DNA from: Rhodobiaceae bacterium
GTDB lineage: Bacteria > Pseudomonadota > Alphaproteobacteria > MED-G09
Assembly (NCBI GenBank): GCA_002723035.1
Contig: PBNH01000021.1
Coordinates: 1,272 to 65,271, forward strand
DNA length: 64,000 bases
Direction of reading: 5' to 3'
The position numbers and the translations under genes were made by a program. The notes beneath the pieces were generated by a model that did not search any database, was not told the origin of the DNA, and was given only the letters and a program-made list of their open reading frames with translations. Numbering within the stretch: position 1 is the stretch's first letter; the number at the start of each line of letters is the position of its first letter. Below are positions 1 through 10,007 of the stretch, in pieces.

Positions 1-283
1 TATCAGCTCTTAATGCTTGAGTTAAAAAGGCAACTGCAGGTGTTGGGATTGGACCAAATAGAAAAACATCCATTCCTACAGATGTAAAACCTGATGTTAA
101 GGCTGTTTCAAGCATATATCCAGATACTCTAGTATCTTTTCCTATAACAACCCTATGAATGTGCGGACCCCTTGTGAATACTTTACCAGCAGCAATTCCT
201 AATTTTAAAGCAGTATCAGCTGTTAAATATGATTCATTTACTGTCCCACGAATACCATCGGTACCAAAGAGTTTTTTATCCAA
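1..283 (-). CDS. glmM: Phosphoglucosamine mutase, N-terminal part (runs off the window edge)
   Basis: Not in the ORF track. Manual translation from TTG at 283 gives [13 protein letters not shown]...[21 protein letters not shown]...[12 protein letters not shown], the GlmM N-terminus. A GGGGA SD lies upstream. Confidence 0.93.
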   Translation of the reverse strand, partial: MDKKLFGTDGIRGTVNESYLTADTALKLGIAAGKVFTRGPHIHRVVIGKDTRVSGYMLETALTSGFTSVGMDVFLFGPIPTPAVAFLTQALRAD

Positions 284-305
284 TCAATCCCCCAAAAAAG
301 ATTTA

Positions 306-2225
306 TTAAGTACCTTGAAGGCCTGGTTCTGATTTTTGAGCTTTTCTACCTGTTTTCGGGACAGATCCTGATAACGTTTTTGAGCCTTCATCATCATCTG
401 ATGGATTCTCTCTTGTTGGATCAATACCTTTTAAAAGATTAATTATTTCATCACCGGTAAGTGTTTCATAATCAAGTAATCCTCTAGCAATAATATCTAA
501 ATCTTTTCTTTTATCTTTTATTATTTTTTCAGCATTTTTATATGACATATCAACTATTACTTTAACTTCGGAATCAACTTGTTTTTGTGTTTCTTCAGAC
601 ATACTCTGAGTTCTAGCAACGGATCTCCCAAGAAAAACTTCCTCTTCATTATCACCATAAGATAAAAAACCTAATTTTTCAGACATTCCGTACTGCATAA
701 CCATAGCTCTTGCCAAGTCAGTAGCTTGCTTAATATCTGATGATGCACCAGAAGTAACTTTATCATAACCAAACACTTCCTCTTCAGCAATTCTTCCGCC
801 CATTGCCACAGCAAGATTAGCAAACATTTTTTCTCTAGTTATAGAAATTTGATCTCTTTCAGGTAACCTCATCACCATACCTAAGGCGCGTCCTCTAGGT
901 ATAATAGTTGCCTTATGAATTGGATCAGAAGAAGAATAGTTCAAAGAAACCAATGCATGACCGGCTTCATGATAAGCAGTCAAGGTTCTTTCCTCCTCAG
1001 TCATAACCATAGATCTTCTCTCTGGGCCCATCATAACTTTATCTTTTGAGTCTTCGAATTCAGCATTAGAAACAAGTTTTAATCCTCTTCTTGCAGCAAG
1101 TAATGCAGCTTCATTTACAATATTGGCAAGATCAGCTCCCGAAAATCCTGGAGTGCCTCTAGCTATCGCTCTAATATCAACATCTGAAGATATGGGAACT
1201 TTTCGAATATGAACTTTTAATATTTTTTCTCTTCCTATAATATCTGGATTTGGAACTACGACTTGTCTATCAAATCTTCCAGGCCTCAATAATGCTGGGT
1301 CAAGAACATCTGGTCTATTTGTTGCAGCTATCAAAATAATTCCTTCATTAGTTTCAAATCCATCCATTTCAACTAAAAGCTGATTAAGAGTTTGCTCTCT
1401 TTCATCGTTACCACCGCCTAAACCAGCACCTCGGGATCTTCCTACAGCATCAATTTCATCAATAAATATTATGCAAGGAGCATTTTTTTTTGCTTGTTCA
1501 AACATATCCCTGACACGACTAGCACCAACACCAACAAACATTTCAACAAAATCAGAACCAGAAATAGTAAAAAATGGAACATTTGCTTCACCAGCAATAG
1601 CTCTTGCAAGCAGTGTTTTACCTGTACCCGGAGGTCCCACTAATAGAGCTCCCTTTGGTATGCGACCACCTAATCTTTGAAATTTTGAAGGATCTTTTAA
1701 AAATTCAACTATCTCTTGCAAGTCGTCTTTTGCTTCATCAACGCCAGCAACATCTTCGAATGTAACTTTACCGCTTTTTTCACTTAGAAGTTTAGCTTTT
1801 GACTTACCAAAGCCCATAGCTTTTCCGCCGCCACCTTGCATTTGACGCATAAAAAAGATCCACACAGCAATCAATAATAACATTGGGAACCAAGAAATAA
1901 GTATATTTAGAAAAATTGAACCACCTTCTTTTTCTGGTTTAGCTGAAATTGAAACACCTCTATTGTACAATCTATCAATTAAGGTTGGATCAGAAGGGGC
2001 AAAAGTTTTAAAAGATCTTCCATCTGAATAATGTCCAGAAATATTATCTCCAGAAATTTCAACATCTACAATGTTGCCCGCATCGACCTCAGCTAAGAGT
2101 TGAGAAAAAGTAATCTCTGACTGATTTTTTGAGACAACAGGGTTATCAATTAAGTTATACAAACCTAATAAAGAAAATGCCAATATTACCCAAACAATAA
2201 AATTTCTTAAATTTCCGTTATTCAC
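306..2225 (-). CDS. ftsH: ATP-dependent zinc metalloprotease FtsH
   Basis: Two N-terminal TM segments, Walker A GPPGTGKT, Walker [12 protein letters not shown] motif, HEAGH zinc motif. Confidence 0.98.
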   Translation of the reverse strand: MNNGNLRNFIVWVILAFSLLGLYNLIDNPVVSKNQSEITFSQLLAEVDAGNIVDVEISGDNISGHYSDGRSFKTFAPSDPTLIDRLYNRGVSISAKPEKEGGSIFLNILISWFPMLLLIAVWIFFMRQMQGGGGKAMGFGKSKAKLLSEKSGKVTFEDVAGVDEAKDDLQEIVEFLKDPSKFQRLGGRIPKGALLVGPPGTGKTLLARAIAGEANVPFFTISGSDFVEMFVGVGASRVRDMFEQAKKNAPCIIFIDEIDAVGRSRGAGLGGGNDEREQTLNQLLVEMDGFETNEGIILIAATNRPDVLDPALLRPGRFDRQVVVPNPDIIGREKILKVHIRKVPISSDVDIRAIARGTPGFSGADLANIVNEAALLAARRGLKLVSNAEFEDSKDKVMMGPERRSMVMTEEERTLTAYHEAGHALVSLNYSSSDPIHKATIIPRGRALGMVMRLPERDQISITREKMFANLAVAMGGRIAEEEVFGYDKVTSGASSDIKQATDLARAMVMQYGMSEKLGFLSYGDNEEEVFLGRSVARTQSMSEETQKQVDSEVKVIVDMSYKNAEKIIKDKRKDLDIIARGLLDYETLTGDEIINLLKGIDPTRENPSDDDEGSKTLSGSVPKTGRKAQKSEPGLQGT

Positions 2226-2313
2226 TTTTTACCTTCTTTCTAAATAATTAATTAATTATGACCTTATATAAATAGTTATTAAATAATGAATTACTAGTGC
2301 ATTTATATATTTT

Positions 2314-3600
2314 TTATATAATTTTATTAGATTTTATATAAATTTTTAAATCTTTTCTTTTACAATAACCCAAAGATGGCACTGAAATAAGTCTTTTTTT
2401 TGACCAAACTGCTGGAACAGTTTTCCATGCTGAAAGAGGAACATTTTGAAACCCTTGTCGTTTTAGTACTCTTTCTTCCTTAAGTATTGTTATCCCAATA
2501 TCACCAAGAGCTCTTATTTGGAGATTATTAGATTTATTAGCTTTCAAAAAAAATCTACCATCCCAACAACTGTATCTTGAAGTCATAGGTCTAATATTAA
2601 CTGATTTATAGCAGTCCTCTGGCTCTCTATAAAAAATAAATTCACTTTTTCTTTTTCTAACAACCACACCGGTTAAAGTTTTGGCTATACCATTATTGTC
2701 TTCTATAATCCAAGATAAAATATTTTCAAGTTTATTCCTCCTTGGAGGATAAATAGATCCGGCAATATGCATAAAAATTTTTTCTAAAACCCTCAGTAAT
2801 ATCTCTTTTTCTGTTGATTCTTTCAATAAATTTTTATCTAAAAAATATGCCACATTATCAACATTTGATAAGTATTTTTCTAATAAAATTCTAGTTTGAT
2901 TATTTAAAGCATCCTTTGCAGCTCGCATCCTTTTTATAACTAAACCAATTTGTTTGGAATTAATTCCCTCCTCAGATAAAATTGGTAAAATTTTTCTAAT
3001 TCTTGATCTTTTATAATTTATGCTAAAATTAGTTGGGTCCGAAATCCATTTAAGTTTCGAAATATCTAGTATTTTTATCAGGCTGCTCTTTGGTATTTCT
3101 AAAAAAGGTCTAACTAATTTAAGTGAGAATTTTTCTGTAACAAAATTCATAACAGCAAGGCCATCAACACCAGACCCCTTGCCAAGGCGCATAAAAAAAG
3201 TTTCAGATTGATCATCAAGATGATGGGCAAGAAAAAGCTTTTCGATTCCTTTTTTTTTGCACCAAGAAGTTATTAAATTATATCTTGTTTTTCTTGATAC
3301 TTCTTGAATACGAGTTTTTGGTTTAACACCATCCCATTTTAGAATTTTAGACTTAAAGCCTAATAGTTTTGCATTTTGAGAAACAATTTTTGCTTCATTT
3401 TTTGACTCTTTTCTTAGACCATGATCAACCACAATAACTGTAATATTTCTATTATTTATTTTTTTTGAAAAAGCTGCTATTTGCATCATTGCAGTTGAGT
3501 CCGGACCACCTGAAACAGCAAGAGCAATAGGTTTACCATCTATATATTTATTAAAAAGTTTTACCTCTGGTAAATCTTTCATTGATTTTTTATTTTTCAT
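2314..3600 (-). CDS. tilS: tRNA(Ile)-lysidine synthetase
   Basis: PP-loop SGGPDS, VDHGLR, AHHLDDQSET, DPTN..RSRIR; classic position upstream of ftsH. Confidence 0.95.
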   Translation of the reverse strand: MKNKKSMKDLPEVKLFNKYIDGKPIALAVSGGPDSTAMMQIAAFSKKINNRNITVIVVDHGLRKESKNEAKIVSQNAKLLGFKSKILKWDGVKPKTRIQEVSRKTRYNLITSWCKKKGIEKLFLAHHLDDQSETFFMRLGKGSGVDGLAVMNFVTEKFSLKLVRPFLEIPKSSLIKILDISKLKWISDPTNFSINYKRSRIRKILPILSEEGINSKQIGLVIKRMRAAKDALNNQTRILLEKYLSNVDNVAYFLDKNLLKESTEKEILLRVLEKIFMHIAGSIYPPRRNKLENILSWIIEDNNGIAKTLTGVVVRKRKSEFIFYREPEDCYKSVNIRPMTSRYSCWDGRFFLKANKSNNLQIRALGDIGITILKEERVLKRQGFQNVPLSAWKTVPAVWSKKRLISVPSLGYCKRKDLKIYIKSNKII

Positions 3601-3615
3601 AACATTATTTTAAGG

Positions 3616-4134
3616 TTATATTTTTTTTTGAAAGTTAATTCCCTTGGACCTATTTCTTATTTTACTAATATTGTAATCATTCCAAAAACTCTCATGAGAT
3701 GTAAAATTCCATCCCTTCGAATAACAGATAAAATTTTTAACTCTAAATTTTTCTCGCCTTTGATAAGCAACATACTCACCAATATTATTAAATTTCATAA
3801 AAATAATATTCAAGTCGTTTTCATCAGCCGTTGCTATAGTTTCATCAATCCAGCTATCTAAGACTTTAGATTCATTTAATAGTAAATGAAATTTAAAATC
3901 TTTATAAAATTTACACTCACAATTGAAATAAATCCAATCATCGGGAGGGATAATATCGCCTTTAAAAGCCATTATCTGACCTTGAGACATTGAATACCTT
4001 CTGTCATAATTTTGCCCACCTAAAAAGGCACCGGATGTTGGCACTCTAATAAATTTTTCACCAAAAATTTCTGTTAAAAATTTTGCTTTTGCGTTTTCAA
4101 ATGACTTTCCTTTGACTTTTTGTGGTGAAGGCAT
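3616..4134 (-). CDS. Phage T5 D14-like / Hjc-like PD-(D/E)XK endonuclease, putative Holliday junction resolvase
   Basis: KGKSFE, RVPTSGAF, KGDIIPP and ECKFYKD motifs in the order seen in Hjc/D14-type resolvases; lies in the ruvC slot downstream of yebC. Confidence 0.72.
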   Translation of the reverse strand: MPSPQKVKGKSFENAKAKFLTEIFGEKFIRVPTSGAFLGGQNYDRRYSMSQGQIMAFKGDIIPPDDWIYFNCECKFYKDFKFHLLLNESKVLDSWIDETIATADENDLNIIFMKFNNIGEYVAYQRREKFRVKNFICYSKGWNFTSHESFWNDYNISKIRNRSKGINFQKKI

Positions 4135-4148
4135 TTTAAAAAATTTTC

Positions 4149-4892
4149 CTATTGTAATTCATTAAAAACCTCATCAGGTAAATCAAAATTAGCAAAAACT
4201 TCTTGAACATCTTCATGATCCTCTAAAACTTCAATCATCTCTATTATTTTAAGGGCTTTTTCTTTATTTAACGGTATTTGACTCGATGGTTTCCAGGTCA
4301 ACTGAGAGGTAATATCGTAACCAAGAATGTTTTCGATATTTTCTGAAACCTGATGTAAGTCATCAGTTGAACAAGATATTTCATAATTGTCTTCTATTAA
4401 ATCACAGTCAAGAGCTCCTGCATCAGTGGCAATCTCGAAAATATCATCAAAATTACCGGCTGATTTTGGAAATTTTACTATACCTAAATGATTAAACATG
4501 AAACTTACGGAACCAGTCTCCCCCAAATTACCTCCATGTTTTGAAAAAACTGATCTAATATCTCCTGCTGTCCTATTTCTATTATCTGTTAATGTTTCTA
4601 CTATTACTCCAATACCTTCAATGCCAAAGCCTTCATAACGAACAGATTCATAATTCTCACCATTCTCATCGTAGCTTTTTTTTATAGCCCTTTCTATATT
4701 GTCTTTTGGCATATTTTGAGATTTACCAAGAGCAATTGCAGAACGTAATCTTGGATTTGCATTTGGATCAGGTAAACCTAACTTAGCTGCAACAGTAATT
4801 TCTTTAGAAATTTTCGCAAAAATTTTAGCTCTCTTTTTATCTTGAGCCCCTTTTCTAAATTGTATGTTTTTAAATTTGGAATGTCCTGCCAT
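4149..4892 (-). CDS. yebC: YebC/PmpR family protein
   Basis: MAGHSKFKNI..RKGAQD, NPRLR, YEGFG..G, TDNRNRT, LED.EDVQ.V..N. Confidence 0.96.
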   Translation of the reverse strand: MAGHSKFKNIQFRKGAQDKKRAKIFAKISKEITVAAKLGLPDPNANPRLRSAIALGKSQNMPKDNIERAIKKSYDENGENYESVRYEGFGIEGIGVIVETLTDNRNRTAGDIRSVFSKHGGNLGETGSVSFMFNHLGIVKFPKSAGNFDDIFEIATDAGALDCDLIEDNYEISCSTDDLHQVSENIENILGYDITSQLTWKPSSQIPLNKEKALKIIEMIEVLEDHEDVQEVFANFDLPDEVFNELQ

Positions 4893-4926
4893 TTTGTAAA
4901 CTCTTTTTAATTCTATCTTTAATTAA

Positions 4927-5733
4927 TTATTGTTTCATTGTTTGAGACAGAATACCTCCAATTCTAAACGGTTCAATTGATTCACTCAACCCATCACTTG
5001 AAGTTTCAATAATTACCCCGCAAAGAGTTGGATCACCTTGCGCAGGATTAAATCTTCCCCCAGGTGTTTTTTCAACAAACCTTCTTATAGGTTCAGTTTT
5101 TTCCATACCTATAACTGAGTCATAATCACCGCACATTCCTGCGTCAGTTTGATAAGCGGTTCCGTATGGTAAAATTTGATAATCAGCAGTAGGAATATGA
5201 GTATGGGTTCCTATAACTAAACTAACCTTTCCATCACAAAAATGACCCATAGCGGTTTTTTCAGAGGTAGTTTCTGCATGTATATCAATAATTATAGCCT
5301 CACAATTTTCACCCAAATGATTTTCAGATAGTACTTTCTCTATAGCTGAGAAAGGATCGTCTAATGACTCCATAAATAGCCTTCCCATAACATTTACAAC
5401 AAGGATGCGACCAAATTGATTATTATAAATATTTAATCCTTTACCAGGTGTTTCACTTGGAAAATTAATAGGTCGTAACAGTCTGTTTTCATTATCAATA
5501 TACTTTAACAGCTCTCTCTGATCCCAAACATGATTACCCGTTGTGATACAATCAACCCCTGAGGAAAAAAGTTTTTCACAAATATCTTCTGTTATTCCAA
5601 ATCCACCAGCAGCATTTTCACCATTAACAATTACAAAATCCAAAAAATAATCTCTTCTAATATCAGGCATTTTTTTTATAACCGAGTCTCTAGCTGATCT
5701 GCCAACAATATCGCCTAAAAATAATATTCTCAA
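4927..5733 (-). CDS. YmdB/TIGR00282 family metallophosphoesterase
   Basis: GDIVG, NGENAAGG, TTGNHVWD, DIHAETTSEK, GTHTH, TDAGMCG. Confidence 0.93.
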   Translation of the reverse strand: MRILFLGDIVGRSARDSVIKKMPDIRRDYFLDFVIVNGENAAGGFGITEDICEKLFSSGVDCITTGNHVWDQRELLKYIDNENRLLRPINFPSETPGKGLNIYNNQFGRILVVNVMGRLFMESLDDPFSAIEKVLSENHLGENCEAIIIDIHAETTSEKTAMGHFCDGKVSLVIGTHTHIPTADYQILPYGTAYQTDAGMCGDYDSVIGMEKTEPIRRFVEKTPGGRFNPAQGDPTLCGVIIETSSDGLSESIEPFRIGGILSQTMKQ

Positions 5734-5735
5734 TT

Positions 5736-6308
5736 TTAGTTCCTTTCAAAACTTAAAAAGTTTTTTTCTGTAATTACTCCGTCAATCAAAAAATCATGCT
5801 CCTCTCTAATAAGCGTGTCTGTCCTTTGATTGGAAAAAGCCAACCCATATTTATAACTTAATTCATAAAATGGAAGACTTCTATCATAAATACCTTGACC
5901 CATGCCAAGTCTAGTACCATTTAAGTCAAAACATAACAATGGAATTATAATAACATCGGGTACTACAATTTTTTTTGATGATGGTGATAAAATACCTAAT
6001 GTATCTTTTTTTAATTGGTCAACGAAATTCCACTCTCGAAATTCTAATATTTTATTTTTATTAGTATAAGGGAGAGCTATTTTTGATCCCTCTCTTGATG
6101 CAAAATTTAACAAACTTAAACAATTCGCTTCATAATTTATTGGATTATAGCCAGCAATTATTTTGTTCTTAAAAGTACCAACAGCTTTTTTAAAATTTTT
6201 TATGAAAGATTTTTCACAATCGTCACAAGAATTAAGATAAATATTTTTTCTTCTTTCTTTCCATAATGCTCTCAGTCTATGTTTTTCTCTGAATGGATCT
6301 TCTGGCAT
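5736..6308 (-). CDS. ygfA: 5-formyltetrahydrofolate cyclo-ligase
   Basis: PDVIIIPLLCFD..GTRLGMGQGIYDR and EEHD..IDGVITE; usual zapA-ygfA-ymdB-yebC context. Confidence 0.88.
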   Translation of the reverse strand: MPEDPFREKHRLRALWKERRKNIYLNSCDDCEKSFIKNFKKAVGTFKNKIIAGYNPINYEANCLSLLNFASREGSKIALPYTNKNKILEFREWNFVDQLKKDTLGILSPSSKKIVVPDVIIIPLLCFDLNGTRLGMGQGIYDRSLPFYELSYKYGLAFSNQRTDTLIREEHDFLIDGVITEKNFLSFERN

Positions 6309-6335
6309 ATAATAGCTTTATTATTAGTACTTGAA

Positions 6336-6614
6336 TTATTTATCAATATTACTTTCTATTTTTTTTGTTATTCCTTTTAAAACTTTTGTCATTTCGTCAA
6401 TACTAAGATAGTCATTAAGCTCTTTATTTTCTTCTTCAGCTAAAATACCTGCCAACAAAAAAAGTCTTTGCTGATCAAGTTCTCCAACTCTATCTTTTAT
6501 ACTATTAACTCTACTAGCAAATTTTAAAGCAAGATTTTTGACCTTATCCTCATCACCATCAGTACAAGCAATTAAGAATTCTCTATTATTGATTTCAATA
6601 GATATATTTCCCAT
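6336..6614 (-). CDS. zapA: Cell division protein ZapA
   Basis: I.IEINNREF.IAC.DG.E N-terminus, RLFLLAGIL helix, coiled-coil tail. Confidence 0.85.
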   Translation of the reverse strand: MGNISIEINNREFLIACTDGDEDKVKNLALKFASRVNSIKDRVGELDQQRLFLLAGILAEEENKELNDYLSIDEMTKVLKGITKKIESNIDK

Positions 6615-6622
6615 TTCATGCC

Positions 6623-6838
6623 TTAATTATTTTTAACATAATAAATTAACGACTCAATTTCTTTTTTAGCTTCTCTATTGGTATTTTCAATCATTAATAA
6701 TTTTTTTGAAAGGTCTTCTGTAAGTTGATTAGCTTTTTCTAATTCTGCTGATTTTTCAATATAAAGATCCAATAACTCAGATATTCTTGTATCAGCTTCG
6801 TTAATATAATTTTTTAAATTTTCAAAAGTTTTATTCAT
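6623..6838 (-). CDS. Small coiled-coil protein (DUF4164/ZapB-like position)
   Basis: 71-aa heptad-rich ORF directly upstream of zapA and divergent from tkt, as in other alphaproteobacteria. Confidence 0.55.
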   Translation of the reverse strand: MNKTFENLKNYINEADTRISELLDLYIEKSAELEKANQLTEDLSKKLLMIENTNREAKKEIESLIYYVKNN

Positions 6839-6993
6839 AGAATTTCATAATTACATCAATATTAAATTGGTTCAATAGTATATTAAAAAAATGAATAATT
6901 TAAGATTAAGATTGACGTTTCAGAATTAGTTCTTCAAATTATATTATATATATTATTTCATAAAAATTAATCATATGACTCAGAGAAAAAAAA

Positions 6994-8976
6994 ATGGAAA
7001 ATAGCGATGTTAGTCAAAAAAAGATGGCTGATGCAGTAAGGTTTCTTGCAGTTGATGCTGTTAAAAATGCAAAATGTGGCCACCCAGGAATGCCAATGGG
7101 TGCAGCAGATTTTGCAACTGTTTTATTTTCTAAATTTTTGAAAATTGACCCTAAAGTTCCTGATTGGCAAGATAGGGATAGACTTGTTTTATCCGCAGGT
7201 CACGGTTCAATGTTATTGTATGCAATACACCATTTAATTGGCTATAAAGATATGACGCTCGATCAGATTAAAAACTTTAGACAATTAAACTCTGTAACAC
7301 CTGGACATCCTGAATATGGTCATACTCTTGGAATTGAAACAACTACAGGACCTCTAGGTCAAGGGATTTCAACAGCAGTTGGTATGGCTCTTGCAGAGAG
7401 GATTCTTAACTCTCGTTTTGGAGATGAAATAGTTGATCATAATACTTACGTTATAGCTTCTGATGGGGATTTAATGGAGGGCATAAGCCATGAGGCTATT
7501 GGTTTGGCTGGTCATCTGGGATTATCTAAACTTATCGTACTTTATGATAGCAATAACATTTCAATTGATGGGTCCCTAGATTTATCAGACTCAACTAATC
7601 AAAGTAAAAGATTTGAAGCATCTGGATGGAGTACCAGAGAAATAGATGGTCATGACCATGCTCAAATCGAAGAGGCTATTACCCAAGAATTAGAAACAGA
7701 CACCCCGTCTTTAATTGTATGTAAAACAACAATTGGTTATGGATCACCGGATAAGGCAGGAACGTCCGCTTCACATGGAGCACCTCTCAATCAAGAGGAA
7801 ATTGATAATATGAGAAATAATCTTCAATGGACCCATGATCCCTTTGAAATACCTACTGATCTTAAAGATGCCTGGAGACTTGTAGGACTAAAAAATACTA
7901 GCAACAGAAAAGAATGGGAAGAGAGGTTATCAAAAATTGATGATAAAAAGAAAGTTAAATTTCTTCATGCAATTAATGGTGATATTTCTGATTTACTTAG
8001 CAAGAGCATACAAGACTTAAAAGAGAAATATTCTGCTGAGAGTCCAAAACTTGCAACAAGGCAATCATCTCAACAAGTTTTAGAAATTATTAATCCAATT
8101 ATTGAAGAAATGATTGGTGGTTCCGCAGATCTTACGCCATCAAATAATACAAAAACTAAAGATATAAATCCAATTTCAAGGAACGACTTCAATGGTAGAT
8201 TTATTCATTATGGAATTAGAGAGCATGGAATGGCTGCTGCCATGAATGGTATGGCGCTTCATAAAGGAATAATTCCTTACTCCGGAACATTTTTAATTTT
8301 TTCTGATTATTGCAGACCGTCAATAAGACTCGCAGCTCTAATGGGCATAAAAGTTATCCATGTTATGACGCACGACTCTATAGGTGTGGGTGAAGATGGT
8401 CCTACACATCAACCAGTTGAGCAAATTCCAAGTCTTAGATCTATTCCTAATTTAAATGTTTTTAGACCTGGGGATGCCACTGAAGTTGCTGAATGTTGGG
8501 AAATTGCTATTAAATCAAATCAACCAACAGTAATTGCTTTAAGTAGACAAGGATGCGAACATTTCAGAGATACATATGAAAGCTCAAATAAATGTGAATT
8601 AGGCGGTTATGAAATTGGTTCAGTATCAAAAAAGCCTGATGTTTGTATAATTTCAACAGGAAGTGAAGTTTCTATTGCTTTAGATGTGAAAAAAGAATTG
8701 GAGAAGGAGGGAACAGTTTGCAAAGTTGTCTCAATGCCAAGTTTTGAATTATTTGATAAACAATCAGATGATTATAAAAAAACACTTTTAGAAACCAATG
8801 GAATCCGTATAGGAATCGAAGCATCAGTAGGTACAGGATGGGAGAAATATCTTGGGGATAAGGGTTTTTTCATTGGAATGAGAGGTTTTGGTGCAAGCGC
8901 TCCTGCCTCTGATTTGTATGAATATTTTGAGATTAATAAAGAAAATGTTCTTAGAGTTATTAAAGAAAATTTATAA
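6994..8976 (+). CDS. tkt: Transketolase
   Basis: GHPGMPMG, LSAGHGSMLLY, TTGPLGQG, DGDLMEG, THDSIGVGEDGPTHQP. Confidence 0.98.
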   Translation: MENSDVSQKKMADAVRFLAVDAVKNAKCGHPGMPMGAADFATVLFSKFLKIDPKVPDWQDRDRLVLSAGHGSMLLYAIHHLIGYKDMTLDQIKNFRQLNSVTPGHPEYGHTLGIETTTGPLGQGISTAVGMALAERILNSRFGDEIVDHNTYVIASDGDLMEGISHEAIGLAGHLGLSKLIVLYDSNNISIDGSLDLSDSTNQSKRFEASGWSTREIDGHDHAQIEEAITQELETDTPSLIVCKTTIGYGSPDKAGTSASHGAPLNQEEIDNMRNNLQWTHDPFEIPTDLKDAWRLVGLKNTSNRKEWEERLSKIDDKKKVKFLHAINGDISDLLSKSIQDLKEKYSAESPKLATRQSSQQVLEIINPIIEEMIGGSADLTPSNNTKTKDINPISRNDFNGRFIHYGIREHGMAAAMNGMALHKGIIPYSGTFLIFSDYCRPSIRLAALMGIKVIHVMTHDSIGVGEDGPTHQPVEQIPSLRSIPNLNVFRPGDATEVAECWEIAIKSNQPTVIALSRQGCEHFRDTYESSNKCELGGYEIGSVSKKPDVCIISTGSEVSIALDVKKELEKEGTVCKVVSMPSFELFDKQSDDYKKTLLETNGIRIGIEASVGTGWEKYLGDKGFFIGMRGFGASAPASDLYEYFEINKENVLRVIKENL

Positions 8977-8991
8977 ATAATAGGGGAGAAA

Positions 8992-9999
8992 ATGGTTACT
9001 AAAGTTGCAATAAATGGTTTTGGAAGGATTGGACGCTTAACCCTGAGGGCAATAGTTGAGTCAAAAAGAAAAGATATTTCGGTAGTTGCGATTAATGATT
9101 TAGGAACACCAGATTTTAATGCTCATTTACTTCAATATGATTCAATTCATGGAAAATTTCCTTATAAAGTTAAAAGTACAAAAACCTCAATAAATGCCGG
9201 ACTTGGTCCTATTAAAATTTACTCAAAGAGAAACCCTGAAGATCTTCCATGGGGAAAATTGGATGTTGATATTGTAATGGAATGTACAGGAATTTTCACT
9301 GATAAAGCTAAAGCATCGATGCATTTAAAAGCTGGTGCTAAAAGAGTACTTATAAGCGCTCCATCAAAAGACGCCGATATTACCGTGGTATATGGAGTAA
9401 ATCATAAAAAAATAAGAAAAAGTCATAAAGTGGTCTCAAACGCCTCCTGTACAACAAACTGTCTTGCCCCAGTGGCAATGGTTTTGGATAAACTTTGCGG
9501 TATTAACCAAGGTTATATGACGACTGTTCATGCTTTCACAGGTGACCAGGCTATACTTGATACTCTTCATTCTGATAAAAGAAGAGCTAGATCTGCATCA
9601 CAGTCAATAATTCCAACATCTACAGGAGCTGCAAAAGCTGTTGGCCTTGTATTACCCAAGCTATTAGGTAAATTAGATGGAACGGCTGTAAGAGTGCCAA
9701 CCCCAAATGTATCAATGATTGATTTGGTTTTTAATTCTAAGAAAAAAGTTACTGTAGATCAAATAAACAATGCTATGAAAAAAATTTCCTCTGGAGCATT
9801 AAAAGGTGTACTAAATGTCTCTGAAGAACCTCTAGTATCAATTGACTATAATCATAATCCTGCTAGCTCAACATTTGATCTAACACAAACTGAGGTAATT
9901 GGTGGAAGATTGGGAAGAGTTCTAAGTTGGTATGATAATGAATGGGGATTTGCAAATAGAATGAGTGACACCGCGTCAGTGATTGGTAAACTTATTTAA
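8992..9999 (+). CDS. gap: Type I glyceraldehyde-3-phosphate dehydrogenase
   Basis: INGFGRIGR, ASCTTNCLAP, WYDNEWG. Confidence 0.98.
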   Translation: MVTKVAINGFGRIGRLTLRAIVESKRKDISVVAINDLGTPDFNAHLLQYDSIHGKFPYKVKSTKTSINAGLGPIKIYSKRNPEDLPWGKLDVDIVMECTGIFTDKAKASMHLKAGAKRVLISAPSKDADITVVYGVNHKKIRKSHKVVSNASCTTNCLAPVAMVLDKLCGINQGYMTTVHAFTGDQAILDTLHSDKRRARSASQSIIPTSTGAAKAVGLVLPKLLGKLDGTAVRVPTPNVSMIDLVFNSKKKVTVDQINNAMKKISSGALKGVLNVSEEPLVSIDYNHNPASSTFDLTQTEVIGGRLGRVLSWYDNEWGFANRMSDTASVIGKLI

Positions 10000-10007
10000 A
10001 ATAAATA

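Noticed and set aside
284..305. folP missing between ftsH and glmM
   Set aside because: Direct ftsH-glmM adjacency occurs in other alphaproteobacteria; uninformative without the rest of the genome
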